A stretch of 64,000 nt of DNA, taken from contig NMRA01000002.1 of the NCBI GenBank assembly GCA_002633005.1, positions 197,467-261,466 of the forward strand, given 5' to 3'. The stretch is from Phoronis australis (Eukaryota > Animalia > Phoronida). This document shows, piece after piece, positions 37,996 to 50,616 of this stretch. A program made the position numbers and the translations under genes. A model generated the notes under the pieces. It did not search any database. It worked only from the letters and a program-made list of their open reading frames with translations, and was not told the origin of the DNA. The stretch's first letter is position 1, and each line of letters starts with the position of its first letter.

Positions 37996-39088
37996 GTAAA
38001 CTTGTGGGATACTGAATGTGTGTCATGGCTGTTGTGTACTCACACATCGAGTTCAATACCAATAAAAGTCATGTTTTTTCGGGATTGGTTTGAGGTTAGT
38101 ACGAATGCTGGGGGTACTGAAGTATATTTTTGACGGGGGTGCTTCTGAAAAATTAGGCTATATTGACCAAAAGCAAGTTTTCACCAAATAATTAAGCACT
38201 TAATTTTAATTTAGGAACACGAGTTCTTGAAAACGTCTTGGTGAAACTTTCCAATTTTATGTTTTATTCTTCAAAACTCAAAAAACTATTCTGATTTTCC
38301 TTTTAAATGCCTAGTTTTTGCATACCGTAAGATAGACGAATACGACTGCTATTTTTGTAAAACATACCTCACGTTTTGAGAGTTAATTTGGCATAGAAAA
38401 AACTAAATGAGTCATCGAAAATTCCTAACAGCGTTTTTGAGTTAAATGGTGATATTTTCATTTAAAAAGGGTTTCATTAAAATTGACCAAAGTGTTATTT
38501 TGCTATGAATGTATCTTTCTTAAAAATGAAATTATGATTAAAAAGAAAGTAATGTTATAGTAATCATAGCACATAAATATAAAACATATTTTTATAATCG
38601 CTGATCTTTTTTTTTCAGAATGTACTTTTACTTGTTGATATAGCCTTTTTTTATATATGATTTAGAATGAAGGTCTCTGAATAAGGTTTGAGGTAACCTT
38701 AACGTCTTTCGTGGGTAATTTTGTTGGAAAAGGTATCATTTCTTAGGGAACCTGGTTGTAAAAGTCATCCTTTTAAGTGGAACGTCCCATATAACTCTTC
38801 ATGGGAGTACTTCCTCTTAGATAATTATGTAACTATACCAGAATCACTGACCAGTTGCCTGTTCAAAACAGGTTTGTGGTTTTATATTAAATTTGTACAC
38901 TTCTGACTTCGAGACCATAGACAATTGTTTTGTAAGGCATGGGACATGCTATGCATTGTCTGTTTAACTGTTGCCTCATATTTCAAATAGCCATTCAACT
39001 TGGTTCTGCCTGGTTACTTTGAGAAACCACAGTAAACTAAGTGATGCATTCACAGTGTGCAAATTGCTTAGTTCACTTTGTATTTCAG

Positions 39089-40202
39089 AGAGCCAAAGTA
39101 CTACCTGAAGTTTGTCTGCCATCCACTCTAGCTGCTCCCAGCCAATGGTCTTCAGCTCAGTCAAGTGGTTCTGCCTACCATCTTAACGCGTTATTTCAAC
39201 CTTCTAGCTCAGGATTTCTGCCACCTGTTGTCACGTCCAGTCGTGGTCCAATAATTGGACAGCTGATCTCTAATATTCCTACGCCCACCATTTCACAGAC
39301 ATTTCCTTTCCAATTCATGCACCCGTTCCCACGATCCCTCGACAACCCCGGGATCTCCCCCGTTCACATGACCTCTGAAGAGCCAGTCAACCTGTGCATG
39401 AAAGACGACACTGCCACTAAAACTGATTTCTCTGCGCCTAACACAAGGCCATCGTCGAGCCACGTTACGTATGTGACTAGTGACAACCGAGCACCCTATG
39501 AAATTCAACCAATCCCGGGCAAAGTGACTGATGACTCCGAAACTACTGTCGATGGTAAATTTGTCTGCAGCACATGCCAGAAGACATTTTCCAAACAAGC
39601 TCAGTTGAATCTGCATCGGAACATTCATTTCTTTGAGAATCCCTACAAGTGCAGTGACTGCACTGTCAGTTTCAAGTCGGAGCTTCAGCTGGAAAAACAT
39701 CGCCAATCAGACATTCACAGTAATAGAATCAGTCTAGGCCCATCGCAGAGCACCCCTTCAGTTGAGAACCCGCGACCATACAGATGCGAGGATTGTGGAA
39801 TGGGCTTCAGAATTCAGGGACATCTCGCCAAGCATCTTCGCTCCAAAACGCATATTGTGGCTCTGGAAAAGCAAGGAAAGCTGCCTATCGGCTCCTATGA
39901 GCAAATCCAGCGAATGTCGATTGATCTGAAAGACTGTGATACTTTAGAGAGTTTGCGTGTCATTGTTGGAAAGCCAGATGTTGATGAAAACCAACTAGAT
40001 TCACAGGACAGTGACGTGACTTCGCCAAGTTTTTCACCACCCCCTTTGTCTGGAGTGTTTGAACGAAATAGCCAGGCCTCCAACGATCGAGTTACCGTGG
40101 AGATTAAGAATGAGGTGCTTGAAATGTACGACGTGCGACAGCATGATGATGAGGCCTCGGAAGAGTTGACGACCACAATGACAACACCTCTGCATAGTCA
40201 AG
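39089..40202 (+). CDS. shn: Schnurri exon 9: ZF6-8 triplet
   Basis: FVCSTCQKTF..HRNIH, YKCSDC..HRQSDIH, NPRPYRCEDCGMGFRIQGHLAKHLRSKTH resemble the Drosophila Shn / C. elegans SMA-9 C-terminal triplet; tttcag acceptor, G|GTGACT donor. Confidence 0.93.
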
Positions 40203-41205
40203 GTGACTACTTGATTTACCCCTCAGTGAAATCTAGTAAAATTTAAACTATAGTCGTAGAGATGAATTTGAAACAAAGAAAAAGTTTTGTCAAGAAGTTT
40301 TTAATCGTGGTGTCTAAAATTTATGCAATGATTTTTCTATCTAAAAGTCATGAAAATTTAATGTCTTTGACAACTTAATACTAACCACCTTTGTCGTGTC
40401 GTCTTTTCTCTAGCCCTTGATTTTCTGAAGTCATAACCTCTAATTAACTGACTGAATTGTGAACAAATAAATTAAAATATGCTTTTATGTCTTAGCTCCG
40501 TTAAATACTTTGAAAAATCTTCTGCACTTTGCTCACTTATGAATTGCGTCTTATTTTGTTCCTTCCTATGCACTGAATATCTGAATGGAGAGTCTGTTAC
40601 TCAAGTGAATATTCAACCCCTTGTCTATATCTTAATTAGTGCAATACAGCCATTAGCTATCAGTTGTGGGGCTCTCAGCGAGAAGGTCCAGATCATAATA
40701 CCAACGTTATTGTCTAATAGTAAACATAGTCTTCCGACTGTGAAATTCCTCAATTAAATAAGTAAATCTTTGTGATACGTAAAGATGGAAATCAGAGCTA
40801 AGTTTCTAAGTGACAGTCTCTGGACAAGTCACTCTCTGTTTAAATTTCATAGATTGTTATATAATCCTGATACCTCGGTTGTGAAATTGATTTACTGTGG
40901 ATCAGAATGAAGGAACAGCTTGTGTTTTGCTGACTGGTGTGCGTAGCACTCCAATGAATTTGTTTATATGTTCTTGGAGCGGATGGCCCTGTGTACAATA
41001 AAGAAGATATAATGCTGCATTTTTGGCATTCATGTAGACATAGCTGGGTTTTTGTTAACTTAAATTGGGTCAATAAGATTCTGTTGTGTTTTCATCTTGA
41101 AGATATTCATTGGTAGATTACAGTCATTTTTATGTACATATATTCCTGGAAGATTCTATAGATTCAGTGAGATGTTCGCTCTATGTTCCATAATTTGTTT
41201 TCTAG

Positions 41206-41300
41206 GAGACACGTTGAGTTCTGGGACAGAAAAGATACCCATAACAGGACATCAGTGTAGTATCTGTGAAAATGTTTTCACAAACCTGACAATGTTGAAG
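41206..41300 (+). CDS. shn: Schnurri exon 10 (start of ZF9: HQCSICENVFTNLTMLK)
   Basis: ttctag acceptor, phase 1 in; AAG|GTAATT donor. Confidence 0.85.
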
Positions 41301-43105
41301 GTAATTAGTCCCCTGTAGTCTCCTTGTGGTCTTTCTGAACTTAGATCTGTTATTGTTGGTTTTCATCATGCTTCATCCTGTTGTTGAGTGTTATTAACGA
41401 AATAAGACAGTTTTATTGCCTTGCCAAAATACTTGAAGACAGAAAAACATATTTCCTTATCCTCTTAGCCAAGTTAAATTTGAAAAGTTTTATTAACAAA
41501 CAATTTTTTTTACATTATAAAATGTCCAGCATTGCTTAAATTGCCATATCTGTGGTACTTCGAATTCAGATACCCCGCATTGCAAGTTTTCAAAATTGAA
41601 GGCAGTTTCACATTTATTTTTCGCGGTCAGGTGGTTTTTGATCAATTTGAAAACTGATGCATTAGCAATTTTTGTGCATTTGCTAATTTTTTTTCTCAAG
41701 TTCTTAGAAAAAGCTGTTTTGGTTAGTGTTTTGGGGTGGGACCCTTTTGTTTTGTTTTGTTACAGATCCTAATTCCAATGCGCTAAATTGATTTTTTCCA
41801 GTTTGAGATCTACAATTTCGTCTTGAGATCAATGTATTGCTATGGTAAATATTAAGGACCACTGAGGGTACCCTAGTAGCAATCATTTATGTCACTTTCC
41901 CACCAACGCTTCAACTCCCGTGGGAAAGCTTAATAACTTAACTAGCCATCGCAACTGCTCAAAATAGGTGGATTAAAGTGCAGAATTGTGCAACTCCACA
42001 TCGGTGGATAATATTAACTCTACTTGACTGTATTAGTCGCTAGAGGTTGTGACATTAATCACGAGGGTCTCCACATGACATTCGCCATTCCCACGTCTTA
42101 CAAACAATTAACAGTCACCCGCAATCAGTATACTTCGGTGGCAGTCGTCCACACAAATGATATTAGCAAGGTTGTAACACCAGAATGAAAGAAACAATGT
42201 TTTTGTTGTTTAAAAACTTGTCAAACAGTGTTCTCCTCACTCGAAAATTCACAGGTTGCATTTTCAACCACGTTGAAAATTTAGATAGTATGCAGCATGT
42301 GCATATTATAGTAAGCACTCAAAAATGATACTTTTTTGTTCAAAATGAAAAAGTCAGTTGTGTCGCATGCTATTCAAACAGGTCAGGGGTCAAGTCGAAC
42401 AAAATGCGGCATCAGGTCATGGAGAACACAAGCTTATGCAATATTACTTTGAGCGATTTGTGTGCACTTACTGAGAACAGGATTTGATTCTTCGGAAACT
42501 CATTAGGTCCCTCTTTCATTGATTTTTCCAAAACTGGAGTTTTTACCATAAATACATGTCATGAAATTTCCTGCAGTAAGGCAGCCAAGTGGAATGTTAT
42601 TTTTCATTCTCTTTATAAAAGAAAAGTAATAGAACATAGGTGGATTCGAGGGAGGTCCCAGGAGAGCAGACCCCTTTTTTAGCCAGAGTGACAAATAAAA
42701 ACCACTGGAAATATAGACGATTCCTATTTTTCATTTCTATTGGCCACTGTGTATAGAGATCAGGACACTAAATTTCATTACCCATTTTCTCCTCATTTGT
42801 TTGTGTTATACAATTCTCTAAAGAAACCTATCATTTTACTTGAGCCTCTCCTTTCGTAAAAAGCTAGATGCACGCGCCCTTTGCACTTAATAAATAATTT
42901 GATATTTTCAGGTCTGTACCCTAGCTAACTTCTGAAAAATTTGTAGGCATACAGAAGAATATTAGAAGCTGTGAAAAATTAAAAAAGACTAATTTCGGCA
43001 ATTTTTTTTTCTCCAAAATTGATGAAGTTTTACTATACAAGTTCTTGTGAATCAGTTTAATTCAGACTGCTTTATTATTCAGCTGCTAATCCAATCATAT
43101 TTCAG

Positions 43106-43213
43106 CAACACTTGGTGTCTCATGCTGAACTTCGACCCCACGTATGTGAATATTGTGATGCAGGCTTCACTACTGCCCAATCACTGAAGGTTCATCTGAG
43201 GACACACACTCAG
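43106..43213 (+). CDS. shn: Schnurri exon 11 (QHLVSHAELRPHVCEYCDAGFTTAQSLKVHLRTHTQ)
   Basis: Completes ZF9 and encodes ZF10; 108 nt, phase 0-0; too short for the ORF track. Confidence 0.9.
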
Positions 43214-43551
43214 GTAATGATGCAACTGCATCCAAACGGGGGTGCCAGTGTATAGAGATGTATGTATATATATATATATATATACACTTGTTTTAATTTC
43301 ATTTCACTCATATTTAATGTAATCGGTGTATTTTCTGTCCATACCTAGAATGAAGTTGTCAATCTACGTGCATCATTATTATGACAATACTTTATGCAAT
43401 CTTATGATTTCTTTGAGTCTGAAAACTGCTCACAAAAGTGGGCTATTAAAAAATGCCACCCCACTGCATAAATTTCAAAAATCTACCACATCCATGCTTT
43501 TTTGCCTCAACAGGTATTTGAACCTACCATGAATCTCATTTCATTTTTCAG

Positions 43552-43662
43552 GAGCGACCATATGTCTGCGGTCACTGCGGCGACACATTTCCATCTTCAT
43601 CTTGTCTACAGATCCACACAAACGAGCACTGCTCACAAGAGGGCCCATTGCACTCTGACTAA
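43552..43662 (+). CDS. shn: Schnurri terminal exon 12 (ZF11: ERPYVCGHCGDTFPSSSCLQIHTNEH...*)
   Basis: HTQ|ERPY linker across the intron; TAA at 43660-43662; candidate AATAAA at 43731 and 44271. Confidence 0.9.
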   Translation, partial: ERPYVCGHCGDTFPSSSCLQIHTNEHCSQEGPLHSD

Positions 43663-46600
43663 TATCAACAGAAGCACAGGACTTTCCAGTAGTCTGGAAA
43701 AACACTAGTTGCTCACCCCAATGAGGATTTAATAAATCTGCTCTCTCCTTGCTCTTGCCACAAGGCCTTTTGTACAAAATACTGCATAACTTTTCCACTT
43801 GTTTACCCTGCTGTAGGTTTTACTCTGTGGAAATGCTTTTTTACTTAATAACATTACTTTAATATGATTTTTCTTTATTTATCCAATGGCTGCGAATAAC
43901 GTACTCCTGGGTGCTGGAAGCGCTGACTTTTATCACCAGTTTTCGTGTGCATTTTCTTAGCAGAATTGTGTTGTTTTAATGGAGAGCCATACTTTCCTGT
44001 TGCCAGTCTAATGACCTTGATCCATTTGTCTTTGAAGATGGTCACTATATTTTTTGAATGTGTCACTGAAAAGTGAGCTGATGGATGTGAATAAACAGCA
44101 TAAACTTGCAAAAACCAAATATTTAAATCTGGGCCATTGATATAAATCTAATGTGCCAAGATGAACAGCCTGTGTACATAAAGAGACTGTTGTGTTAGAA
44201 ATTTTTACTTTATTGTGTATATTAAAATTTCTGTATTATTTTTTCTTGTTTTTTGTGTTTATTCAAGTCTAATAAAATGCTTCAAGAAGCTATGTACTTC
44301 ATGTGAAATTTTTTTTAATTCAGAAAAATCTGTGCATACAGATTATGCCTACAGAGGTCATCCAATAAAGCATACAACCTTATAAGGTTTTGCTCCGGGC
44401 CAGGTTACACGATCGTCGTCAAGGGGGGTCCTTGAACATGGGTACTTGATATCCCTCAATACTATGCAAAAGCAGTCATGCAGACGAATCCTGACCCCCT
44501 CATCCCAGATCTCGGTGCCTCTGAGGTGCTAACCTAGAAAAAATGCCAGGAATTCCAGTTTCGTTTATTAATAACCGTGGTTGGGCTTTTTGACAAAAAG
44601 GTTCGCCTTAGTAATTGGCCGCGGAGACAGGATCTGTGCTTTTCTTACCGTGAGGTTTTCTCCTGTCCACTTCTTGTGATGGCTTGCCGCATAGATTTAA
44701 TGGATCTGCCTGAAGGGGAGGATTACCAACGTTTATAATTCACGACAATATCTTGGCCATCGCTATTCCACGGAGTGTATCTCGTAGTAGGCGTTATACC
44801 CGCGGTCATCAGTACGCCGCCGGCGATGTGCACCTCCGAGAGAGTTCTACTGGAGTTGAGTTTGCGTATAGGTGTCAGTTAAACTGGACGTTCCCATTTT
44901 GCCAATTTTCCAAAATTTGCCGTAATCAAAATTTATTGAAATGTTGGAATGGAACGACATTGATACCGCGATCTTTGGAAACAAGATATCTTGTAACATT
45001 AACAAGGTGTACGCAATGGAGGTAGAAATAGGGTGCTTGGGTGATCTTCCTCGTGTCACGCGCAAAACTGCCTCGGCGGAGTTCCTTAGCAATTTAATTG
45101 ACGCTTTAAATACCTTTAATGTTCTAAGTCACCACTATAGGGTTCGTTACCAACTGGTTGCTTGGGCCCCAACTTTAGTTGAAGGCTCTCAGCTCACACA
45201 AATGGTTGAACCTCTAAACCGTGGTGCCTACCAACTAGTATTGTAGAAACACAACTGAGGTTTCACCGTTCCGGCGACTTGATGCACACAGTATACGTGC
45301 TGAAATCTGTTCCCGCTTGAATGTGGCGCATTTTCCAATGGCGGGATACCGCGCTTCAAATTCCGCTCATGCATGGCGCCCGAGTGAATGTTAGAATGAC
45401 TTCAAGTTTCCACGGAAGCTCCCGAAATTGACCCCCCTTTATTTGCATTAACGCTGCAGAGTAGAAATTGTCTTGTCTATTCTCAAAAAGGGTGAGATGG
45501 GCAGATCTCCTTCGGCCGAGGTGCTTCGTTGGACAATGTGCCCGTGTTGCGGCAATTGAAGGTGTACATGTACTTCTGGGTAGTAGAGTCTTCTGGCCCC
45601 AAAGTAGCCTATCGCTAAAATAAAACTTCACGATATTTTACTCTGAGTCCGAACGGAGATTCAAAGGTCAAAACTGACAACTCTCAGTTTAGAGTATGTG
45701 TTTAGACCCCCTGCAGCGCAAAAACTAGGAACCAGTGACCTGGCGTAGGTTCAAACCGTCTCGGTGCCCAAAAGCAAAGTTCAGTGCAGCAGGTCAACGA
45801 ACTGTCACTTAGCGAGTGATTAACCGAATTAAGCGGAGACCAGTTAGTGTCATTTATAGATTGTTTTGAAGGCGGGTAAGTAATTACGGCAATCCGAGAT
45901 TGAATTGAAGGTATAGTTCCGGTGTATAAATTATTTCTTTATCGCAACATCAGCAAGCCTGCTTACAGTTGTCAATCTCAGGCTGATGTTGCGCTTCGAG
46001 GTTTAAAAACATTTCGTCGGCTCTGAATTATTGCCGAATGAGCCATCCAATTCAAGGCACAGGTAATGTTTTCACTATGGCATTCGCGAAGTCTAATCGT
46101 TTTCTTGAGTAGCTGAAATATAATCATAACCTGTAAGGAATATTATGACCGACCGTGAGACTATTCATTTTTGCCAGTTACTATATGAAGACAAACTAAA
46201 ACTTTAAACTTGGATGTTTATGTTAGGGGTGTTAGTCTTACAGCCGGCCATTGGGTAGGAGAGTCGATCGAACCGGTGTCACACTTGTAGTTATCGGTGA
46301 AAACTGACGTGAGTCCTGCTTGTGCAGATCCCAAACCAGTGAAATGAGAACTTTGCCAGCTTGGTAGTCAGCAAATCAGATGGAAGTCGTTATGATTACA
46401 GTTAAAATAGCTCACTGCATGGTACCTAGGTAACGTTTAATTATATAGTCTCGCTCAGTGTTGCCATGCAGTTTTGCTTTGACCTTTTTAATTTTACATT
46501 ATCTTTTTTCTAATGCCATTTTTTTAGTCAGATTTTCAATACTTTCTGGCTTATCCGGCCGGGCTCTACTGGTATGCCATACCGGTGGGAGAGCGGTACC

Positions 46601-48476
46601 GTACGGGTAAGAAAATTTATTATGAATGAATAATGTGTCTTAATTACTGCTTCATTGTCAAAACTTAATAGAAAACAAAATGGTTAAAACACGACAATCC
46701 CTCTAACTTTCGAGTCAGGTCACGTGAATCCGTTGTGTCGATCAAAATAGCACAACAACATTGTGGAGGTATTCAGTCAAGGTTAGTAGATCAGATTACT
46801 CGAGAAAAAAAGTGTCACGAGCCTGCATTACTTTACTGATTAAGTCATGTTTACATGCTCATAGTCCATTGGCTTAGTGATAACAGCAAGGTTTCGACTG
46901 GATGTCTTTCTTGAAGCAGTGATTATCTAATGACGATATAGGGCCTATTTAGTGGCAACCTTTTCCTGTTGTGATCTATCTGTAGTTTCGCACGCTTATT
47001 TGTAATTAAACGCGGGTACCGTACTCTCCTCGATGGCAAATAAAACACAAATCAAATGGAATCGATGGGTTTTTTATTCTCCTCGTACAACACTAAAAAT
47101 GGACGCATCGGCACCCTCATTAAGTCAGTTTCATAACATTCTTTACCGTGATAGAATTCATTTCCGGGCCAACAAGAGCAACGAAACATAAATACGGAGA
47201 CCACTTGCCAGTCTATCATGATGGTCGCTCGAGAAGTCACGGAGCGTTGACCGGGCTCGAGAAAATTCGGGGGTTGCCTCTGCGCCTGGCACAATCATGT
47301 ACGCATTGCTTGTGTCTTCAGTTGCCGTGATCATGTTTTTAACCCTGAAAGCGCTTCAGTTAAGAATTAAACATTGACAACGAAACAAGCCTGAGGGGGA
47401 CTGCAAGAATTGGACACCACCTAACGCGGATAAACCGGTGGTAGACTTGTCATTTTTCACTCCTTCATCCTTTCAAATTTCAACTACTGCCCCCTCTCGT
47501 GGCATTTTTGCTCGAAAGAAAATACACTCAAACTGGAAAAACTTCAACTCAGAGCCCTGCGTTTTGTTTACAACGATCGACGACGTTAGCACACACGAAC
47601 AAGTGCTCTCACAACAAACCACCCTTTCATCTACACAGACTTCGACTTATTGCAGTGGAAGTATTTAAAATCCTTTGGGGCGAGTCTCCCAAGACACTTC
47701 TTTCACTTTTAAAGAAGCAAGAAAACAATACTTTCGCTACAGCAACCTTCTCGTTATTCCTGAGTTAAATCTGTCAAATATGGTAAAAAATCTTTTCACT
47801 TCGAAGCTGATCGTGTCTGGAACAGTCTACCGAATATGATGTTGCGCACAACAGATCCGAGCACTCATGATTTTCCCCGCCGGCGGAGTGGACTGATTTG
47901 GACCTGCCCGGCAGTGGACTGGCCCTGAATGCAACTGACTGTTCTCTTTGCAAAAACTCCAGGTTATGCTGTAATTAGTACATGCCATCGTTTCTTTTAT
48001 GATTTATCTAGATTATAGCATTTACACGTGTACCTATTATCGTTTATGCTCACCTCTCTTAAGCGAAAATAAATATCTCTGAGTTATTCTCCACCTTTAG
48101 CTTAAGTTACATTTTCTTCATGTTTCTGTTAAATTTAATGTCGTAGAAATAGCCCAACTGGTTAATGTTAATCCGTTCTCCGAACGACGTTAATAAAGTG
48201 ATTCTTGAGTCTTTGAAGACGATTTAAAGGCTAATGCCACCCGATTTAATAAGTCTTTTTTGACGTCTTAATCGGTCTATATCCACACCGCCTCGCATAC
48301 GGTCGACCTTACCTTGCCAAGAGGTGTCGTGTTAACCTGTGAGGAAGGTGTGAAACGACGCTAGCGACGTCAGTGGTTCATATGCAGAGTGAATGCCGCT
48401 ATGTTGCGGTGCATCGTTCCCCCGCTTGTGCGAACTAAGCAGCTGCGAGGAAAGCGGGTATATCAATTATTTTACT

Positions 48477-49436
48477 NNNNNNNNNNNNNNNNNNNNNNNN
48501 NNNNNNNNNNNNNNNNNNNNNNNNNNNNNNNNNNNNNNNNNNNNNNNNNNNNNNNNNNNNNNNNNNNNNNNNNNNNNNNNNNNNNNNNNNNNNNNNNNNN
48601 NNNNNNNNNNNNNNNNNNNNNNNNNNNNNNNNNNNNNNNNNNNNNNNNNNNNNNNNNNNNNNNNNNNNNNNNNNNNNNNNNNNNNNNNNNNNNNNNNNNN
48701 NNNNNNNNNNNNNNNNNNNNNNNNNNNNNNNNNNNNNNNNNNNNNNNNNNNNNNNNNNNNNNNNNNNNNNNNNNNNNNNNNNNNNNNNNNNNNNNNNNNN
48801 NNNNNNNNNNNNNNNNNNNNNNNNNNNNNNNNNNNNNNNNNNNNNNNNNNNNNNNNNNNNNNNNNNNNNNNNNNNNNNNNNNNNNNNNNNNNNNNNNNNN
48901 NNNNNNNNNNNNNNNNNNNNNNNNNNNNNNNNNNNNNNNNNNNNNNNNNNNNNNNNNNNNNNNNNNNNNNNNNNNNNNNNNNNNNNNNNNNNNNNNNNNN
49001 NNNNNNNNNNNNNNNNNNNNNNNNNNNNNNNNNNNNNNNNNNNNNNNNNNNNNNNNNNNNNNNNNNNNNNNNNNNNNNNNNNNNNNNNNNNNNNNNNNNN
49101 NNNNNNNNNNNNNNNNNNNNNNNNNNNNNNNNNNNNNNNNNNNNNNNNNNNNNNNNNNNNNNNNNNNNNNNNNNNNNNNNNNNNNNNNNNNNNNNNNNNN
49201 NNNNNNNNNNNNNNNNNNNNNNNNNNNNNNNNNNNNNNNNNNNNNNNNNNNNNNNNNNNNNNNNNNNNNNNNNNNNNNNNNNNNNNNNNNNNNNNNNNNN
49301 NNNNNNNNNNNNNNNNNNNNNNNNNNNNNNNNNNNNNNNNNNNNNNNNNNNNNNNNNNNNNNNNNNNNNNNNNNNNNNNNNNNNNNNNNNNNNNNNNNNN
49401 NNNNNNNNNNNNNNNNNNNNNNNNNNNNNNNNNNNN
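48477..49436. other. Assembly gap (960 N)
   Basis: Run of N. Confidence 1.
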
Positions 49437-49834
49437 TGTTTTGATGATCTCTGTAGTAAACAAGATTGCGTAATGGTCATTCACAGAAACATTGCCTAAA
49501 GACAGCTGACCATTACCATATATGGCAAACACAACAGAGTAGTTCAGATGATTGTTGTGAAAGTTTTTAGAGTTGCTTCCTGTTATTTTCCTGTAGAATA
49601 TTGAATCATAAAGTTTGGTGCATGCAACCCACATACTTGTGACTTGTATATAAATCCGTTCACTTGTCTAATAAAGACAGTCCTCATCTTGCTACTGCCA
49701 GTTGCTTTACTAGTTTAATTGAGTGCTTCACACTTAGTTACTGAATACAACCATCTCACTGACGGACCGAGGCTGTCCACACCACAACACAACGCTGCTA
49801 CTAAGTCGAGTTATTCTCCACTATTCTACTACAA

Positions 49835-50352
49835 CTTAAGACGATTTCCAAAGCAATCGCGTCATTAATGCCAACACAAAAAAACGGATTTGGTCTTTTG
49901 GGCAATTGAGGACTATTTTAAATACAACAAATTTGTTACGAACTGATTGCACATAATATAAAACATGTAATAAGCATTACAAAAAGAAGGTTTCGCGCGC
50001 AAACGCTGTGGACCATAAACAAGTAGGTCTCTTAGTACGAAACTAGGAGTTAAATCGTGGTGGTGCAGTGGTAAAAAACGCGTGCTCTATCCGCCAAGTC
50101 GTGAGTTCGAGTCTGTGTCGCTTACAGTTTTTCCTGTTTGACACTTTCTCCGTTTTTTTTGCCTTTTTTTCTTTGGGAATCAAGGAAAATGCTTGATTTT
50201 TAGAGGAAAAAACAGAAAAATTTTCTGGGCGGGGGGTTTGCCCCCCTCCCAACCTCCCCCCAGTCGGTGCTATTCACATCTACAATTGGGCTTTGAGCAA
50301 ATTTTTACTGACAAAATGTTGGCCCCCCCTGTGATATCCTAGATCCGCCACT
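49835..50352 (-). mobile_element. Family R1 non-autonomous DNA transposon copy
   Basis: Reverse-complement homology to 9034-9556; terminal cagtggcggatctagg. Confidence 0.7.
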
Positions 50353-50364
50353 GTGCGATCCAGT

Positions 50365-50616
50365 ATGGCGACTCTGAAGCAGATTGTGTTGAACGTCTTA
50401 GCCGATGAACTTAACACTGACCGTCCTTCCTATGGTTTACTGAGCGATAAATATTAATCTTTGCCACTCCAGGCAATATTAATATCGGCAGCCCAAGACA
50501 ACAACCGTGAAGGCTTTGGAACGACAAGAATCGAAAATTACGTCGAGGAAACTGTTCCTCGCTACAGCGACCCACAATTTAAGTCACACTTTCAGATGAG
50601 TCGGTCAACTTTTGAG
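50365..50616 (+). pseudogene. PIF/Harbinger (HARBI1-like) transposase N-terminal fragment
   Basis: MATLKQIVLNVLADEL...KY*...RIENYVEETVPRYSDPQFKSHFQMSRSTFE matches the Harbinger FxxxFRMSRxTF motif; one in-frame stop; no DDE core follows. Confidence 0.7.

Noticed and set aside
45441-45900. Octamer suggesting an snRNA gene
   Set aside because: I could not recognise any U snRNA sequence nearby on either strand.
48389-49634. Four ORFs of 337-399 aa
   Set aside because: Almost entirely X; produced by the N gap.
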